A DNA stretch of 64,000 nucleotides from an uncultured bacterium (GCA_964429225.1 CAYSAW010000001.1:10091-74090); one strand, 5' to 3'; shown: positions 27,553 to 37,559, numbered from the stretch's first letter. Translations and numbers: made by a program. The notes: generated from the letters alone by a model not told the origin.

Positions 27553-28164
27553 TTACACTGGAACTGAAGTAACCTCAAAAAACTCTTCTTCAATGGGGAA
27601 GTATTCCAGCGGGGGAATGCCCAGAGGGAGGAGAATCCAACGTAGAGGAATAGATAAACGCAACTTGTTATATCGAGCGATACACTGATTATAAGTTTTG
27701 GAGACCCTCCGAACATTTCTTTGAAGGTTGAGCCACTCTTGGTGCACCTCCTGAAGGGACCGTATCAGCTGAGGATCCTCTGATTCCTCAAGGATTTGGA
27801 TCAACCGCTGAAGGTTCTTGTTCATCCTACTGTATAATTGGCTACACTCCAAAGGCGACATCGCCCGGGGAATCTGGTCGAGAACGGTCCTAAGACGTTG
27901 TGCGGGAAGGGAGGGGACCAGTAAGTATTGGTTCACCCTCCGCAAGATATTCTCCCCAATTTTAGCCTCCTGCCTTAGAAGGAGTCTTAAGCGTGCCCAG
28001 CTTTTCAGCGCCTTTTTATGGAGGACCACCATCTGCAGGGCGAGGATAAGGGCGCGTGTCCCCCACAAGAGAAGGAAAAAAGGGAAGAGCCACAAAAGGA
28101 TCTTGCTCCCGACTCCTAGAGAGGAGAGCGGCCTCCAATTGGCTACTACATCCATAATGGGCAC
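27553..28164 (-). CDS. Divergent LemA-like protein
   Basis: N-terminal TM followed by coiled-coil; C-terminal YNQ.IARYN...IP...LG..P.EYF matches LemA, but the central LemA motifs are absent. Confidence 0.55.
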   Translation of the reverse strand: MPIMDVVANWRPLSSLGVGSKILLWLFPFFLLLWGTRALILALQMVVLHKKALKSWARLRLLLRQEAKIGENILRRVNQYLLVPSLPAQRLRTVLDQIPRAMSPLECSQLYSRMNKNLQRLIQILEESEDPQLIRSLQEVHQEWLNLQRNVRRVSKTYNQCIARYNKLRLSIPLRWILLPLGIPPLEYFPIEEEFFEVTSVPV

Positions 28165-28179
28165 CCTAAATCGGTTATC

Positions 28180-30171
28180 TCAATTAACTTCCATCCTAGA
28201 GCAGGAAACTTTCTTCTTGCAACCATCCGCCCCAAAGAGCTTGTTAACGATAGAAGCAGACATCAATCCTAGAATATACCCGATCCACATTCCATGAAAA
28301 GTTCGTAAAAGAGAGACTTGAAGGGGGGTATGGATGTGGCAATAAGTATTCACTAGAGAAACCTGGCCGATGGCTCCTATTAACAACAAACCCACCCGAT
28401 ACCCCCAAGGGAGGGGAGGAGCTAACGAGAGGGCCATCACCAGGGTAGGATGCCCAATAAGAAATTCCTTGGTTCTCGGCCGCACTATTAGAACCCGGTC
28501 GAGCAAGCTCCTCACCTTAAGCTCCAAGGAGGATACTCCTACCCCTGGTTCATTACCTGTTCGAGCTACCAGGAATATAAGCATTCCTAGGACTAACAGT
28601 AGTCCTAGGAATGCCCCAATGCTAAGAGGCTGACCCAGAATCCTTCTCCATCGGGCGGTAGCAGTGAGAATTTGCTCCCTTACATTTTCCTGATCCCCCA
28701 CCAAATCCCCGAGGATGATCCCCGCCAGACCTAGGAGGGGAAGGATGTGGGCGAGTTTAATCCCCATAAAAGTATCCGCCTTCACTAAGAAGACTCGATC
28801 CGCTAAAAGGCCGACAATCAGAAGGGCTCCTGTCAGAGTAATGCCTGAGAGGGCTATAAAGGCTAATAAAACCGATTTCCAGGAAATCCGCTTTTGTTGT
28901 TCTTGGGGTTCTATTTTCAAAACTCGCATATATCGGTAGAGTTGGAGCAAGGCGAGCGTTGGAAAGGTCAGGGCCGATAATAAAGCCCATCCCTTGGCCG
29001 AGAGATGGGGGGAGAAGGGGAGGAATAGGGAGGGGAGAAGGAAGAAAATCGCTAGAAAGACCACTTGGGTTAGGAGGCTAATTGGCAGAATCATTCTTAA
29101 AAGTAAAACCACCGAAGAGGCGACTCCGAGGCCGATCAAAAGAAGGGGTATTAGGGAAAGGTGAAAGGGTTTAAAGGGAACTGCTTTTCCCAGGATCAAA
29201 CCTTCACGAAGGAGGCTCTGTTTTAAGGCACGGAGGTAGTCAAGCTGATCCTGCAGGCCTTTGTGGGTGGCATAGGGGGGAAACCGAAGGTATAGGATTC
29301 GGATGTTCCTCTCCCTAGCTGCTCGGGTATAGCGTTCGGTGATCTCGGGAAGGCTAAGCTTAGAAACTTCTGTAGGGGTAACACTGTGTACCCGGATCAA
29401 CCGCCCCCTGAGGAGTTTGCTTAAGGCTTCATCACCTTGTTGCTTACCAAATTCAATACTTCCGTAAACCATTTGGTATTGGTCTAGTAAGCGGGCAGTC
29501 TCCCCAATCTGGTCTCGAAAACCCAGAACTGTATCGCCAGCGAAGATAAGGACCCGAATGCCCTCCTGCTTCAAGATGCCAAGAAGCCATCCCACAGATT
29601 GGGGGCTTAGGCCAAAGGTATTAAAGACTCGCCCGACAACCTCCAGGCCTGCGGATCGAATCAGGGCGAGATCTCTTTTTGAAAAACCAACAGGTAGATT
29701 CCTAACTGTGTTGAAAAGGCCAGGGGACTCTAGGGTGGCCTCGAGGGAAGGGAGAGAGGGATGCCGATTTAAACCCTCCTGAAGGTGGTAGCGATGAAGA
29801 AGATGGGACCGTAGGCGAGCTATAATGAGGGGATCCTTAGAGGAGATAAGAACCTTCCACTGGGTTGGAGAAGGGGAGGTTGACAGGATTGGGGTGACGG
29901 TGATCTGCCCATTATCTTGAAGAGAACCGATAGTTTCTTCTGTAATAGCAACCCCTTGTACACCTTCCTTTTGGAGTAAGGTCAGGAGAGTCCTTAGAGG
30001 GAGGGCATAGGAGACACTCATTTCCTGTATCTGCTCCCAATCTGCCACGATCTCCACGGCGCGGTTTGCTTGCTCTATCTGCCATCTTTGAGCTGCCATG
30101 TAAGTGGCACTACCGAGAGCTATGATGATCAAGAAGACCAAGGGCTTTTGCAAGGTTTCCTTCATTTTCAT
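28180..30171 (-). CDS. DUF5693-family membrane protein
   Basis: IRVHSV, RAARERNIRILYLR, FMGIKLA and VRPRTKEFLIGHP...IGQVSLVNTYCHIHTP motifs. Confidence 0.8.
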   Translation of the reverse strand: MKMKETLQKPLVFLIIIALGSATYMAAQRWQIEQANRAVEIVADWEQIQEMSVSYALPLRTLLTLLQKEGVQGVAITEETIGSLQDNGQITVTPILSTSPSPTQWKVLISSKDPLIIARLRSHLLHRYHLQEGLNRHPSLPSLEATLESPGLFNTVRNLPVGFSKRDLALIRSAGLEVVGRVFNTFGLSPQSVGWLLGILKQEGIRVLIFAGDTVLGFRDQIGETARLLDQYQMVYGSIEFGKQQGDEALSKLLRGRLIRVHSVTPTEVSKLSLPEITERYTRAARERNIRILYLRFPPYATHKGLQDQLDYLRALKQSLLREGLILGKAVPFKPFHLSLIPLLLIGLGVASSVVLLLRMILPISLLTQVVFLAIFFLLPSLFLPFSPHLSAKGWALLSALTFPTLALLQLYRYMRVLKIEPQEQQKRISWKSVLLAFIALSGITLTGALLIVGLLADRVFLVKADTFMGIKLAHILPLLGLAGIILGDLVGDQENVREQILTATARWRRILGQPLSIGAFLGLLLVLGMLIFLVARTGNEPGVGVSSLELKVRSLLDRVLIVRPRTKEFLIGHPTLVMALSLAPPLPWGYRVGLLLIGAIGQVSLVNTYCHIHTPLQVSLLRTFHGMWIGYILGLMSASIVNKLFGADGCKKKVSCSRMEVN

Positions 30172-30267
30172 CCTAGCGGATTTGATATTTTATATAGGGG
30201 CGGGCTGAACTTAGCTCTTATCGTTAAGCGAAGGGTTCCTTCAAGGGGGTCACCCATCCTTTTTAAT

Positions 30268-30984
30268 TTAATACCATCCTCGATAGGGTTGCCAATAGCG
30301 GGGGGAGCGAGGCCGGGGTTTTGCTCGCATTAGCTTGATGAGGATCATTCCGGCAAGGAAGCCACCAATGTGCGCCCAGTAAGCAACTCCCCCTTCTCCT
30401 ACAATCTGCTGGAGCTGAGAGTTAATCAGTTGTAAGAGGAACCAGAAACCAAGAACCAGCCAAGCAGGTACGATCCGGAGTTGGATAAAATATCCCAGAG
30501 GGATTAAAGCTACTATTCCTGCGCCGGGGAAAAGGAGGAAATAGGCTCCCAGAACTCCGGAAATAGCCCCACTGGCCCCTAAGGTAGGAATCGGCGAGTT
30601 CGGGTCACTAAGGATATGAGCTAAAGCTGCCAGGAATCCGCAGAGTAGATAGAAAACCAAAAACCGCAGGTGGCCTAGGGTATCCTCCACATTATCCCCA
30701 AAGATCCAGAGATAGAGCATATTGCCGAGCAGATGAGCCCAGTTTCCATGCATAAACATTGAGGTAAAGATGGTTAGCCAAACAGGGTGAAGGGAGGGAG
30801 GAGGAAGGATATCCGCTCCATGGGCTACTTCTACAGGGACCATCGTATAAGCGAGGACTTTTGCCTCATTACCGATACTCAGGTTGCTTAACTGCCACAA
30901 AAAAACAAGAAAATTAGTGATGATTAAGCTAATAGAGACAAAGGGGAAAGTTCTACTCGGATTTTCATCACGAAGAGGGATCAC
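30268..30984 (-). CDS. Rhomboid intramembrane serine protease
   Basis: MIPLRDENP, HGNWAHLLGNMLYLWIFGDNVED, GASGA (catalytic Ser) and AHIGGF (catalytic His) motifs. Confidence 0.94.
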   Translation of the reverse strand: MIPLRDENPSRTFPFVSISLIITNFLVFLWQLSNLSIGNEAKVLAYTMVPVEVAHGADILPPPSLHPVWLTIFTSMFMHGNWAHLLGNMLYLWIFGDNVEDTLGHLRFLVFYLLCGFLAALAHILSDPNSPIPTLGASGAISGVLGAYFLLFPGAGIVALIPLGYFIQLRIVPAWLVLGFWFLLQLINSQLQQIVGEGGVAYWAHIGGFLAGMILIKLMRAKPRPRSPRYWQPYRGWY

Positions 30985-31023
30985 GAGTAATTTATCCTGT
31001 TAGGAGCTCCATCTTATTTTACT

Positions 31024-31056
31024 GAAAAAGAAGGCCACGGGGAAACCCCGTGGCCT
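31024..31056 (-). terminator. Intrinsic terminator after the peroxiredoxin gene
   Basis: Perfect 11-bp stem AGGCCACGGGG/CCCCGTGGCCT followed by TCTTTTT on the minus strand. Confidence 0.85.
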
Positions 31057-31072
31057 GAGAGCTGGGAAACAG

Positions 31073-31726
31073 TTAGGCTTGAGGAAGATCCTTCTTAATC
31101 AGGTAGAAGTCAATGCGCTCTACGTCGGTCATCTGGAGGCGTTGCTCCAGGTCGGCCACCGTTTTAGGCGGGGGCACAATAACCTTCTCTCCTGGCTGCC
31201 AGTTAGCGGGCGTAGAGACATTGAATTTATCAGTCGTTTGGAGGGCGTCTACCAGGCGGAGGATTTCATCAATATTTCGCCCGTTGGTTAGCGGGTAATA
31301 GACCATTGCCCGGATGATCCCGTTAGGATCAATCACAAAGACTGCCCGGACAGTAGCGGTGCTACTGGCCTGGGGGTGGATCATCCCGAACTTGCTGGCT
31401 ACTTTCATATCCAGGTCCGCAATCACCGGGAAGGGGACTTTAATCCCCGTTTTCTCTTCGATGTTGCGGAGCCAGGCGATATGGGAGTGAATGCTATCTA
31501 CACTGAGGCCAATGAGTTTAACCCCTCGCTTCTCAAATTCCTCATAGCGACGGGCAAACTCGATGAACTCTGTAGTGCAGACCGGGGTGAAATCCGCCGG
31601 ATGGGAGAAGAGAACCACCCAGCTCCCCTTAAGGTCCTCCGACTTAAGGGGACCTTGGGTGGACAAGGCTTCGAATTCAGGCATCGGTTCGCCGATCTTG
31701 GGAATTTGGCTGACAACCTCGCTCAT
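31073..31726 (-). CDS. Peroxiredoxin (Prx6 / 1-Cys type)
   Basis: [32 protein letters not shown] and TPANWQPG motifs; single Cys. Confidence 0.92.
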   Translation of the reverse strand: MSEVVSQIPKIGEPMPEFEALSTQGPLKSEDLKGSWVVLFSHPADFTPVCTTEFIEFARRYEEFEKRGVKLIGLSVDSIHSHIAWLRNIEEKTGIKVPFPVIADLDMKVASKFGMIHPQASSTATVRAVFVIDPNGIIRAMVYYPLTNGRNIDEILRLVDALQTTDKFNVSTPANWQPGEKVIVPPPKTVADLEQRLQMTDVERIDFYLIKKDLPQA

Positions 31727-31856
31727 AGGAACCTCCGTTGGCTGAAATATTTTATTTTACTGTTCATCCTCAAGAGAGAATGGTACGAATTGAGAGTACT
31801 CCTTTAGGAGGCCAGGGGGCTGGGGCTGTACTCAGGCGTCAAGGGTTATCCAATTT

Positions 31857-32843
31857 TTAATAGCGCACCAGCCCCATTAGTTCCCGGGCTTCGTCCAAAG
31901 TTTTTTGGGCCGATTCTCGGGCCTTCTTCCCTCCTTCATGAAGGACCTCCCGGACATAATCTTTTCGGGCGGCTAGATCCCGGCGTCTCTCCTGGAAGGG
32001 GGTAAGAAATCGGATAATACGCTCGGCCAGCAGCTCCTTCGCAACCTTGTAACCCGCTCTTCCCGCCCGCATCTCCCCTTCCAGCTCCTGGATCTCTTCG
32101 GGAGTGGAGAAGAAGCGGTGGAGATAAAGGACATTTTGCTTGGCCAGCAGAGAGAAATCAGGGCCGATGGGATCTGAGTCGGTGACTGCCTTCATCACTT
32201 TTCGGCGGATGGTATCCGGGTCATCGGTGAGGTCAATGGTGTTTCCTTCACTCTTTCCCATCTTGCTTTTTCCATCCAGGCCTGGCACTCGTACGGGTTC
32301 TCTTTGAAGAGGGTAGGGAAGGGGGAAAATTTCTCCGTAGCGGCGGTTAAAGCGCTGGGCAAAGTCCCGAGCCATCTCCAAATGCTGGACTTGGTCTTCG
32401 CCCACGGGTACCAGGTTGGCTTTGTGAATCAGAACGTCTGCTGCCATTAACACCGGATAGGCCAAGAGGCCCAAGTTGACATTATCCGGTTGTTGCCGGG
32501 CTTTCTCTTTAAAGGTGGCACATCGCTCCAGCTCCCCTTTATAGGCTACCATAGAGAGGAGAAGGCAGAGCTCCGCAACCTGAGGAACACTGGACTGGGC
32601 ATAGATAACTACTTTCTCGGGGTCTAGCCCTGCTGCTAAGTAGTCGAGCACAATTTCGGGCAAGTTTTCGCGCAATTGCTGGGGATCAGGATGGGTAGTG
32701 AGGGTGTGGTAGTCGGCAACAAAAAAGAAACAGCGATAATGATCCTGCAGGGCTACGAAATCTTTCATCGCCCCTAGGTAGTTTCCAATGTGCAATTTTC
32801 CCGTTGCCCGAATGCCAGATACTACAACCTTCTTCTCTTCCAT
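31857..32843 (-). CDS. trpS: Tryptophanyl-tRNA synthetase
   Basis: HIGN, YPVLMAAD, VPVGEDQ.QHLE and KMGKS motifs. Confidence 0.96.
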   Translation of the reverse strand: MEEKKVVVSGIRATGKLHIGNYLGAMKDFVALQDHYRCFFFVADYHTLTTHPDPQQLRENLPEIVLDYLAAGLDPEKVVIYAQSSVPQVAELCLLLSMVAYKGELERCATFKEKARQQPDNVNLGLLAYPVLMAADVLIHKANLVPVGEDQVQHLEMARDFAQRFNRRYGEIFPLPYPLQREPVRVPGLDGKSKMGKSEGNTIDLTDDPDTIRRKVMKAVTDSDPIGPDFSLLAKQNVLYLHRFFSTPEEIQELEGEMRAGRAGYKVAKELLAERIIRFLTPFQERRRDLAARKDYVREVLHEGGKKARESAQKTLDEARELMGLVRY

Positions 32844-32889
32844 AATAAGGTTACTAAATCACTCTAATTTCTTAAGTTTTCCCATATTT

Positions 32890-32919
32890 AATATATCACT
32901 GGAGCATAGCCCTTGTCAA
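32890..32919 (-). promoter_or_regulatory. Sigma70-type promoter candidate for trpS
   Basis: TTGACA-18bp-TATATT with TGn extension; leader is too short for a T-box. Confidence 0.7.
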
Positions 32920-32927
32920 AAGGGGCC

Positions 32928-33770
32928 TTAATGGTTGAGCACTTGGGCCAAAACAAGGATGGTTGTTAATCCCCCAGCCGAGAAGATCAGCACCGAGGCT
33001 CCCTCGTGTTCCCACAATTCTCGAATCAAGGCGAAGAAGACAGTATAAAGGAAGCTTCCCCCCGTAAGAGCCAAAATGAACCCTAGTGAGGCTCTAGAAA
33101 GATGGATAAAGATCAACCCGAGGAGAACTCCTAAAGCGGTTGTGAGCTCCACCCCCAGGGTTAACAGGAAAGCCTTCGTGGGTGAGAGACCTGCCATCCG
33201 GGCAATGGTCATCAAAGCTAGCCCTTCGGGAACCTTATGATAGGCTACAGCCAAAAAGATGAGCAACCCCACGTTGCTTCCCGTGAGCTCAGCCGCTTCA
33301 TAGCCTACAGTAATGGCAACGCCATCGGTGACACTGTGGAGGGTCATCGTGACGACCATCAGGAGGCCCAATCGGAGGTAGGAATGGGAGGGTGACCTTA
33401 GCTTCCTGTCGTCTCTTGTATCTGGAGGGCTATAGGGAGCCGGATTTGAACAATGATTGTCAGTGCGAATAGCGGAGGCATTGCAAGCCGGGCAGACGAG
33501 GTATAAAAATCGGCTGATCATCAGAAAGAGGAAGAGGCCTAATCCTACCCCGACTCCGGTCCGGGAAGGCCCTGTGAGGTGAAGAGCTTCGGGAAGAAGG
33601 TGGACAATCGTTACACCGAAGAGAGCTCCAGCGGCAAAACTTACCAGGGCGCAAAGGACGCGATGACCTTTGCCTGCGGTGGAGAAAGAGATAGCCGCTC
33701 CAAAAGCGGCAGCAGCTGTGGCACCGGCAATCCGATAAAGGAGAATTTCCAAAGGAATAGAAGCAGTCAT
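32928..33770 (-). CDS. ZIP-family divalent metal transporter
   Basis: About 8 TM helices; SFAAGALFG, TLHSVTDGVAI and YHKVPEG motifs. Confidence 0.85.
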   Translation of the reverse strand: MTASIPLEILLYRIAGATAAAAFGAAISFSTAGKGHRVLCALVSFAAGALFGVTIVHLLPEALHLTGPSRTGVGVGLGLFLFLMISRFLYLVCPACNASAIRTDNHCSNPAPYSPPDTRDDRKLRSPSHSYLRLGLLMVVTMTLHSVTDGVAITVGYEAAELTGSNVGLLIFLAVAYHKVPEGLALMTIARMAGLSPTKAFLLTLGVELTTALGVLLGLIFIHLSRASLGFILALTGGSFLYTVFFALIRELWEHEGASVLIFSAGGLTTILVLAQVLNH

Positions 33771-36127
33771 TGATTAGCGTGATCCTTAGTTCGCAGAAGG
33801 CGCATTCCATTAAGAATAACCAGCAACGCTGAACCCTCGTGACCGGCGATTCCCAGAGAAAGCCTTAACCCGAAGAGAAGGGTCGTTACGACTAAGCCGA
33901 TAACCACAGCAACGCTAAAGATAATGTTTTGAAGGATGATTTGTCGGGTTTGTCGGGCCAGCTGGATAGCCTCCGCTAGCTTCCGGAGGTCGGAACCCAT
34001 TAAGGCCACATCCGCTGTCTCGATAGCGATTTCCGTTCCAGCGGCGCCCATAGCAATCCCTACTGTAGCAAGAGCCAGAGCAGGGGCATCGTTGATCCCA
34101 TCCCCCACAAACCCCACATAGCGGTATTGGTCTAACAGCCTTTGCAAAACCTCTGCTTTCTGTTCCGGCAGTAAACGGGCATAGACTTCATCTACCCCCA
34201 GCTCTTGGGCGACCGGAGTAGCGGTTCGCTCTTCATCTCCCGTGAGGAGGAAGAAGCGTTCGATACCCAGTTTTCGGAGCTGACGAATAGCTTGCTGGGC
34301 CTCCTTTCTCATCGTGTCGCCGAAAGCGAGGATCCCAGCACATTGGTGATCACGAGCTACCCAAACAACCGTCATCCCTTCTTTAGCCCACTTTTCGGCC
34401 AGCGACGTCAAAGAGGCTTCTTCTACCGAAATACCTCCCTCTTCCAAGAAGAGCTGATTCCCCACACGAACCCTAACCCCATCCACTTGGGCTTCAACAC
34501 CTCTTCCAGGGACAACTTGGAAATGGTCCGCTCTGGCAACGGGTAATCTTTGAAGGCGAACATAGTGAAGAAGGGCCTGGGCTAAAGGATGTTCACTCTT
34601 CGCTTCTACGGAGGCTACCCAAGAGAGGAGTTCCTGGGGGTCCACCCCTTCAGTAGGCCGATATTCCATCAGTTTAGGACGACCTAAGGTCAGGGTACCG
34701 GTTTTATCTAAAGCCAAAACCTTCAGCCGAGCCAATCCTTCCAAGAAGACCCCTCCTTTGACCAGTACTCCCATCCGTGCGGTAGAGACGAGAGCGGAGG
34801 CCACAGCGACCGGAGAGGAGAGCACCAAAGCGCAGGGGCAAGCCACTACAAGCAGGGTAAGGGCTTTGCCCAAGATCGCGTTTTGGTCAACTCCAGGGAG
34901 GAATGCTAGGAGAGCGAGTCCGGAGGCAGTGATCACAACAATAGGGGTATAAACACGACCAAAAGCCTCGGTGAAACGCTGGACCGGAGCCTTTTGAGCC
35001 TGGGCCTGTTCCACTAGTTCAACAATCCGGGCGATAGAGGAGACACTTGCACTCCGGGTTACTCTAACCTTTAAAGCTCCGTAACCGTTAAGAGAACCTG
35101 CCAAGACGGAGTCTCCCGGCAGCTTCTCTACAGGTATGCTTTCCCCTGTCAACGCCGATTGATCCACCCAGCTGGTCCCTTCAAGGATCTCTCCATCAAG
35201 AGGAATCCGTTCTCCTGGTTTGACCAAGATCACCTCTCCTGGTTGAACCTCCTCAATGAAGACTTCTACCTCTTGACCTTCTCGGAGTACCACGGCCCTT
35301 CGGGGAAGCAATTCAGCAAGAGCACTAATGGCTCTCCGCGCCTTCTCCGCGGTAACGCTTTCCAAGGTATTCCCCACTGCGAAGAGGAAGATCACCATAG
35401 CACCTTCAAACCATTCTCCTAAAGCCACCGCTCCTAGGGCGGCAACCAACATGAGGAAGTTAATGTCTAAGGTGCGGGAGAGGAGAGCCATCATCGCAGA
35501 GCGGGCGGTAGGGCCTCCTCCTGCTAGAATGGCTAGGCCGTAGAAGACTTCTGAGGGAATCCCTAGGGGAAGAGAGGAGGATAGATAACCGATCAACAAG
35601 AAGCCTCCTGACAGAACAGTAGGGAGGATCAAACGGTTTCGGGCCAGGAAGGGAAGTTCCTTAACTTGATCTTCCCCCGCGACGCCGTATCCTAGGGCTT
35701 CAATCCGTCGGATAATCTCTGGTACGGCTACTTTCTCTGGGTGGAACTCCACCATTAGCTTAGCGGTTGTAAAATTGACCTGGGCAGAGAGTACTCCTGG
35801 TAAGCTTTGAAGGGAGCTTTCAACCTTGAGAGCGCAGTCAGGGCAATCCAAGCCAGTGAGGGTTAGGACCCGGTGGGCAATCTTCTCCTTCACCTCTATA
35901 CCGAGCTCCTCGGCTCGATGTTCCACCCGTTCCAGGGAGACCAAAGAGGGATCGTATCGGAGGGAGAGGGTGGAGGAGCCGATATCTACCTCGACGGAGT
36001 AAACTCCTGGCAGCTCGAGGAGGGCATTTCTCAGTCGCTGGATGCAAGCATCGCAACGGCTGAGCTCCCTTAAAGCTATAGGAAAGCGGATTCGTCGAAC
36101 CTCAAGGATAGGGAAGGCGTCTTCCAT
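33767..36127 (-). CDS. P1B-type heavy-metal ATPase with two N-terminal CxxC HMA domains
   Basis: CDAC, CPDC, TGES, CPC, DKTGT, EAKSEHP, GDGINDAP and HEGS motifs. Confidence 0.94.
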   Translation of the reverse strand: MEDAFPILEVRRIRFPIALRELSRCDACIQRLRNALLELPGVYSVEVDIGSSTLSLRYDPSLVSLERVEHRAEELGIEVKEKIAHRVLTLTGLDCPDCALKVESSLQSLPGVLSAQVNFTTAKLMVEFHPEKVAVPEIIRRIEALGYGVAGEDQVKELPFLARNRLILPTVLSGGFLLIGYLSSSLPLGIPSEVFYGLAILAGGGPTARSAMMALLSRTLDINFLMLVAALGAVALGEWFEGAMVIFLFAVGNTLESVTAEKARRAISALAELLPRRAVVLREGQEVEVFIEEVQPGEVILVKPGERIPLDGEILEGTSWVDQSALTGESIPVEKLPGDSVLAGSLNGYGALKVRVTRSASVSSIARIVELVEQAQAQKAPVQRFTEAFGRVYTPIVVITASGLALLAFLPGVDQNAILGKALTLLVVACPCALVLSSPVAVASALVSTARMGVLVKGGVFLEGLARLKVLALDKTGTLTLGRPKLMEYRPTEGVDPQELLSWVASVEAKSEHPLAQALLHYVRLQRLPVARADHFQVVPGRGVEAQVDGVRVRVGNQLFLEEGGISVEEASLTSLAEKWAKEGMTVVWVARDHQCAGILAFGDTMRKEAQQAIRQLRKLGIERFFLLTGDEERTATPVAQELGVDEVYARLLPEQKAEVLQRLLDQYRYVGFVGDGINDAPALALATVGIAMGAAGTEIAIETADVALMGSDLRKLAEAIQLARQTRQIILQNIIFSVAVVIGLVVTTLLFGLRLSLGIAGHEGSALLVILNGMRLLRTKDHANQ

Positions 36128-36156
36128 CTCTCCTTTTTGCCTTTACCTCCGAAGGA

Positions 36157-36804
36157 TCAGTAGCTTCGATCAGCATCCATCAATTTTTGAGACCAGGTTT
36201 CGAGAGCAGTTTCCAACCTGAGCTGTCTTACCGCATTAGTGACATCTCCCCGAGTACGCTCAAGGAGGGACCGCACGGCGTCTACCGTTCGTCTCAACCC
36301 ACCTGTTACCGCTTCGGGGAAATCAAAGGTAAAGAGTTGGTAGTAAATATCATCCGCTTGGTCTAGTTTCTTCTCTGCTTCGAGGACATCTCCTTCTCGG
36401 AGTTTATCCAGGATATGGCGGCGGAGTTCACCGACTGCTTCTCCTAAACCGTTCAAGTAAGCAGGATACTCCACGCCCAGCTCTTCCGGCTCGGGGAGGG
36501 GGTCTTCCCTAATCAGCGCTACAGTAAGGGAAGCCTCAGCAAACTCCTTAAGAGCATCTTGAACATAGCCTGCCCAATAAAGGTCCCCATAGGGGGTGGC
36601 CGTTTCTTTCATCTTATCAGCGGCGGACCGAGCTAGGGCGAGGAGTTCCTGAGCCGATTGCACCTCCCCTCGGTGGATGCTTCGGATGGCATTGGCCGAG
36701 TGCCGAATCACCTCTCGGGAAAGAGCAAGAGCTGATTCTCGAGCCCGGTTCTTCTGCTCCATCTCAGCCCGAATCCGGGAACAAATCCCTTCCAGATCCT
36801 TCAC
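36157..36804 (-). CDS. Translin/TRAX-family protein
   Basis: All-helical; ARE....SREVIR.S..AI..IHR; QDALKEFAEA; YLNGLGEAVGELRR; LRR.VD..R.LLERTR. Confidence 0.8.
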   Translation of the reverse strand: MKDLEGICSRIRAEMEQKNRARESALALSREVIRHSANAIRSIHRGEVQSAQELLALARSAADKMKETATPYGDLYWAGYVQDALKEFAEASLTVALIREDPLPEPEELGVEYPAYLNGLGEAVGELRRHILDKLREGDVLEAEKKLDQADDIYYQLFTFDFPEAVTGGLRRTVDAVRSLLERTRGDVTNAVRQLRLETALETWSQKLMDADRSY

Positions 36805-37499
36805 ATCAGCCTCCTCTCCTTTAAGCTGACGTACCCAATACCCCCGATAATAATGTGATCCAGCACTTCTATCCCCAGGATTCGGCCGGCTTCAACCAGT
36901 TGCCGGGTTACTTGGAGATCCTCAGGGCTAGGGGTTGGATCCCCCGAAGGATGGTTATGAGCGAGGATGACCGAAGCAGCCGATTGGGTGATCGCCGGCC
37001 GGAAAACTTCTCGAGGGTGAACCAGACTGCTATTCAAGGTTCCGACGGTCACTGTGAGAACTTTCAGTACATAGTTTTTAGAATCCAGCAGGAGGACTTT
37101 AAAGTGCTCCTGAGGTTCATACCGTAGTTCCGCTCGAACCAAGCTTGCAGCGTCTTCTGGGTTTCGGATCACGGGCCGGAGGCCCTCCGGGTCTATAAGG
37201 AGCCGTTTCCCCAGTTCCACGGCCGCTTTGATCTCTATAGCTTTGGCAGTGCCAATCCCCTTAATCTTAGATAAATCCTTAACATCCGCTCGTACGATCT
37301 CCTTGAGGCTACCCATCTCCTTTAAAACCCTCTCGGCTAATCGCACCGCTGATTCTTTCTGAGTTCCTGTTCGCAGAATAATGGCTAGAAGTTCCGCGGT
37401 GGAGAGGCTACTGGCGCCGTAATTCATCAATCGTTCTCTTGGGCGCTCACTGGGAGGTAAATCCCGGATCATCGGAGCATAAGATTCCATCCGCTTCAC
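36801..37499 (-). CDS. radC: RadC-family JAB-domain protein
   Basis: ERPRERL, ELLAIILRTG, GIGTAKA HhH, VHPREVF and HNHPSGDPTPS.ED...DHII motifs. Confidence 0.96.
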   Translation of the reverse strand: MKRMESYAPMIRDLPPSERPRERLMNYGASSLSTAELLAIILRTGTQKESAVRLAERVLKEMGSLKEIVRADVKDLSKIKGIGTAKAIEIKAAVELGKRLLIDPEGLRPVIRNPEDAASLVRAELRYEPQEHFKVLLLDSKNYVLKVLTVTVGTLNSSLVHPREVFRPAITQSAASVILAHNHPSGDPTPSPEDLQVTRQLVEAGRILGIEVLDHIIIGGIGYVSLKERRLM

Positions 37500-37529
37500 C
37501 TAATTGGTTCGCTCTCTCTTCTCAAATAC

Positions 37530-37559
37530 AGATTACCATTTTTAGAAGCGCTTCGTCTA
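37530..37559 (-). promoter_or_regulatory. Sigma70-type promoter candidate for the radC operon
   Basis: TAGACG-18bp-TAATCT with TGn extension. Confidence 0.5.
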
